Positions 62,138-64,000 of a DNA stretch of 64,000 nucleotides are shown here, piece after piece. The stretch is taken from assembly GCF_044704955.1 (NCBI RefSeq), contig NC_091982.1:102734001-102798000 (forward strand), written 5' to 3'. The translations under genes and the position numbers were made by a program. This DNA is from Pristiophorus japonicus. Lineage: Eukaryota. The notes beneath the pieces were generated by a model. The model saw only the letters and a list, made by a program, of their open reading frames with translations, made no database searches and was not told where the DNA came from. Numbering within the stretch: the first letter of the stretch is position 1; every line of letters starts with the position of its first letter.

Positions 62138-62389
62138 CTTCATCCACAACTTGTTTTTCACCATGCTTTGATGTCTGGGCATGGGATCGGCCTCTTCCTG
62201 TGCTTCCGGTAAAAGTCATGTTATTTCCACATTGCTTGTTCTTCTCGTATCCCTAGTTAGCTGCTCTGCTCCTGCAATGTTTGGCTCAGTTACATTTTAT
62301 ACATACTTTGGCAACACATTTACTGAGAGCTTCATTGTTCTTTAGTTTGTCTGGGTTCTGAGCATTCTTTGCATTATTGATTTTGCTCC
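62138..62389 (-). other. Candidate upstream exon of CLIC2 (ATG at 62219)
   Basis: TTATTTCAG acceptor, AAG|GTAAAG donor; 27 codons + 1 nt fits in frame onto CCAG|CA-ATG at 20593; no homology support. Confidence 0.3.
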
Positions 62390-62799
62390 CTGAAATAAAT
62401 ATGCCTGTTTGTCGCAAACTACAAAATAAATAAGTCTGCTGGTTTGCGAAGAGCTGGTTGGATTCTCTCATGCAGAATTTGGGCTTTATTAAATAGACCA
62501 ATTCAGATAATCACTGCGTAGCTTTCAACTGGTCCTGATTTAACTGGAATCTCCTAACATTCAACAGTACCATTGGGTAACTACCAGAGCCATTTGATAA
62601 TTCTAACCAGCAAATCTAGTGCCTTGACAATATTGCAGGAACTGCTTCCTTAACCCTAAGTGTAACTTAAATCCCAGCCTTTCAGCATATTATTGGTTGT
62701 TGACCATTCATTGTTTTCTATTACTGACTTCCATTGGACATAATTGGATTCAAAATAATTCATGAGCCCTGTCCTGGGAGTCATTTCAACTCACTGTAA

Positions 62800-63005
62800 T
62801 TCATAGAATCTTACAGTACAGAAGGAGGCCATTTGGTCCATCATATCAGTGCCAGCTCTTTGAACAGAGCTATCCAATTAGTCCCACTCCCCTGCTCTTT
62901 TTCCCATAGGCCTGCAATTTTTTTTCCTTTTCAAGTACATATCCAATTGCCATTTGAAAGTTACTATTTCATCATCTTCCATCACCCTTTCAGGTAGTGC
63001 ATTCT
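62800..63005 (-). repeat. CR1 3' tail fragment
   Basis: CATAGAATCTTACAGTACAGAAGGAGGCCAT... Confidence 0.75.
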
Positions 63006-63624
63006 TTTACATTTTGTTGCAGATAAACTCACACCCCCTCCGTGCAGATAAAACTCACATCCTTGTACGTGCCCCCAGCTTGGGAATGACATTCATGCAA
63101 TTACAAGAACATTGCTGATCTCTGTGACAGCTGATTTCTTTGGGGACAACCCTCAGTTCAGCTCAGATGCACATAATTAGCAATTGACAACCACATTAAA
63201 CCAATGGGACTGAATTCTATATAAAGGGCTTGCATACACACTTTAATCTCCATTTCTCACAGGTCCAGTAGCATTGAACTGAGGTGATAAATCTAGCTAC
63301 CCAACTTGTTATGGTCCACTGGCTAGTATAGTAGGTTAGAGTAAAGCAATGATTAGAATTCGATTGTGCTTTTTGCAACATTTCATGATTTACACTTTGC
63401 ATTGTAGCCGCATGTAGGGTTCCATTTAATTACAAATGTTCAGTAATTTACCACCAGTTTATTGACTGGTGCTTATCTGTCAGATGGACAGTGTTATAAC
63501 TGCATTGCTAAGGTCTGCCACACTGTGCTAAAGTAAACACGGTGGTATTGCTGCCTTGAAGACCGGCACAGGTTTGTTCCCACAGATAGCTCTGGAGAAC
63601 AGTCTTCGCAGCTGCGTAAACATT

Positions 63625-63880
63625 GGGCCAGATTTTGCTGTCAAAATAACAGTAAGGCTAATGCCACTCAATGAGCCCGAAATTGATGATGTCCCGCTGC
63701 CGCACGTTTCTCGGCAGAATTTGGGCGGCCCTTCATTTTTTACAGCCCGCTGCCGCTGAGATCCTCCAGCGAGGATTTCATGGTGATGTAGCAGGCAGTG
63801 CAGGCCATTATACCCGGCAAAGATCGGAGGTCGAGTTCTGCGCATGCGTGATCAAAGGGAGACTCTTCCCGTAAATTTGC
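63625..63880. mobile_element. MITE fragment
   Basis: GGGCCAGATTTTGC start, GC-rich, GCGCATGCG motif shared with other MITEs here. Confidence 0.5.
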
Positions 63881-64000
63881 AACACAAGCTAACTCTACAG
63901 CCAACCCTACCTGCTGTACTGAGTCACTGACACACTGCACCAAACATTAATCCAAAACACTCAGCACGATCACACTTAGCTCAGTTTTTTGGAAAGTTCC

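Overview
Vertebrate genomic DNA whose repeats (CR1 LINEs with (GAAACATA)n-type tails, Deu-core SINE, Harbinger MITEs, Mag-like Gypsy) suggest a cartilaginous fish; this is an inference. The only host gene I can support is CLIC2 on the minus strand: coding exons 1-3 at 20538-20591, 14751-14860 and 10731-10856, with a CPFC motif. Its remaining exons lie left of the window. Most of the rest is transposable elements, often nested: two Gypsy LTR families plus a solo LTR, many CR1 copies (two nearly full length), L2/SINE fragments, about ten Harbinger-type MITEs with 3-bp TSDs, and three Harbinger derivatives that keep a spliced Myb/SANT gene but show no transposase core. Most notable: (1) both long CR1 elements start with unrelated CpG-rich tandem monomer arrays, one with ~33 TATA-bearing units, followed by a conserved CRE/CCAAT/double splice-donor block aimed at CLIC2; (2) a candidate upstream exon ~41.5 kb away splices in frame onto the CLIC2 ATG; (3) a four-level nested insertion; (4) CTCF-like motifs in all three LTR families; (5) a telomeric insertion replacing a LINE catalytic motif. 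All boundaries were read by eye, and those of degenerate repeats are approximate.
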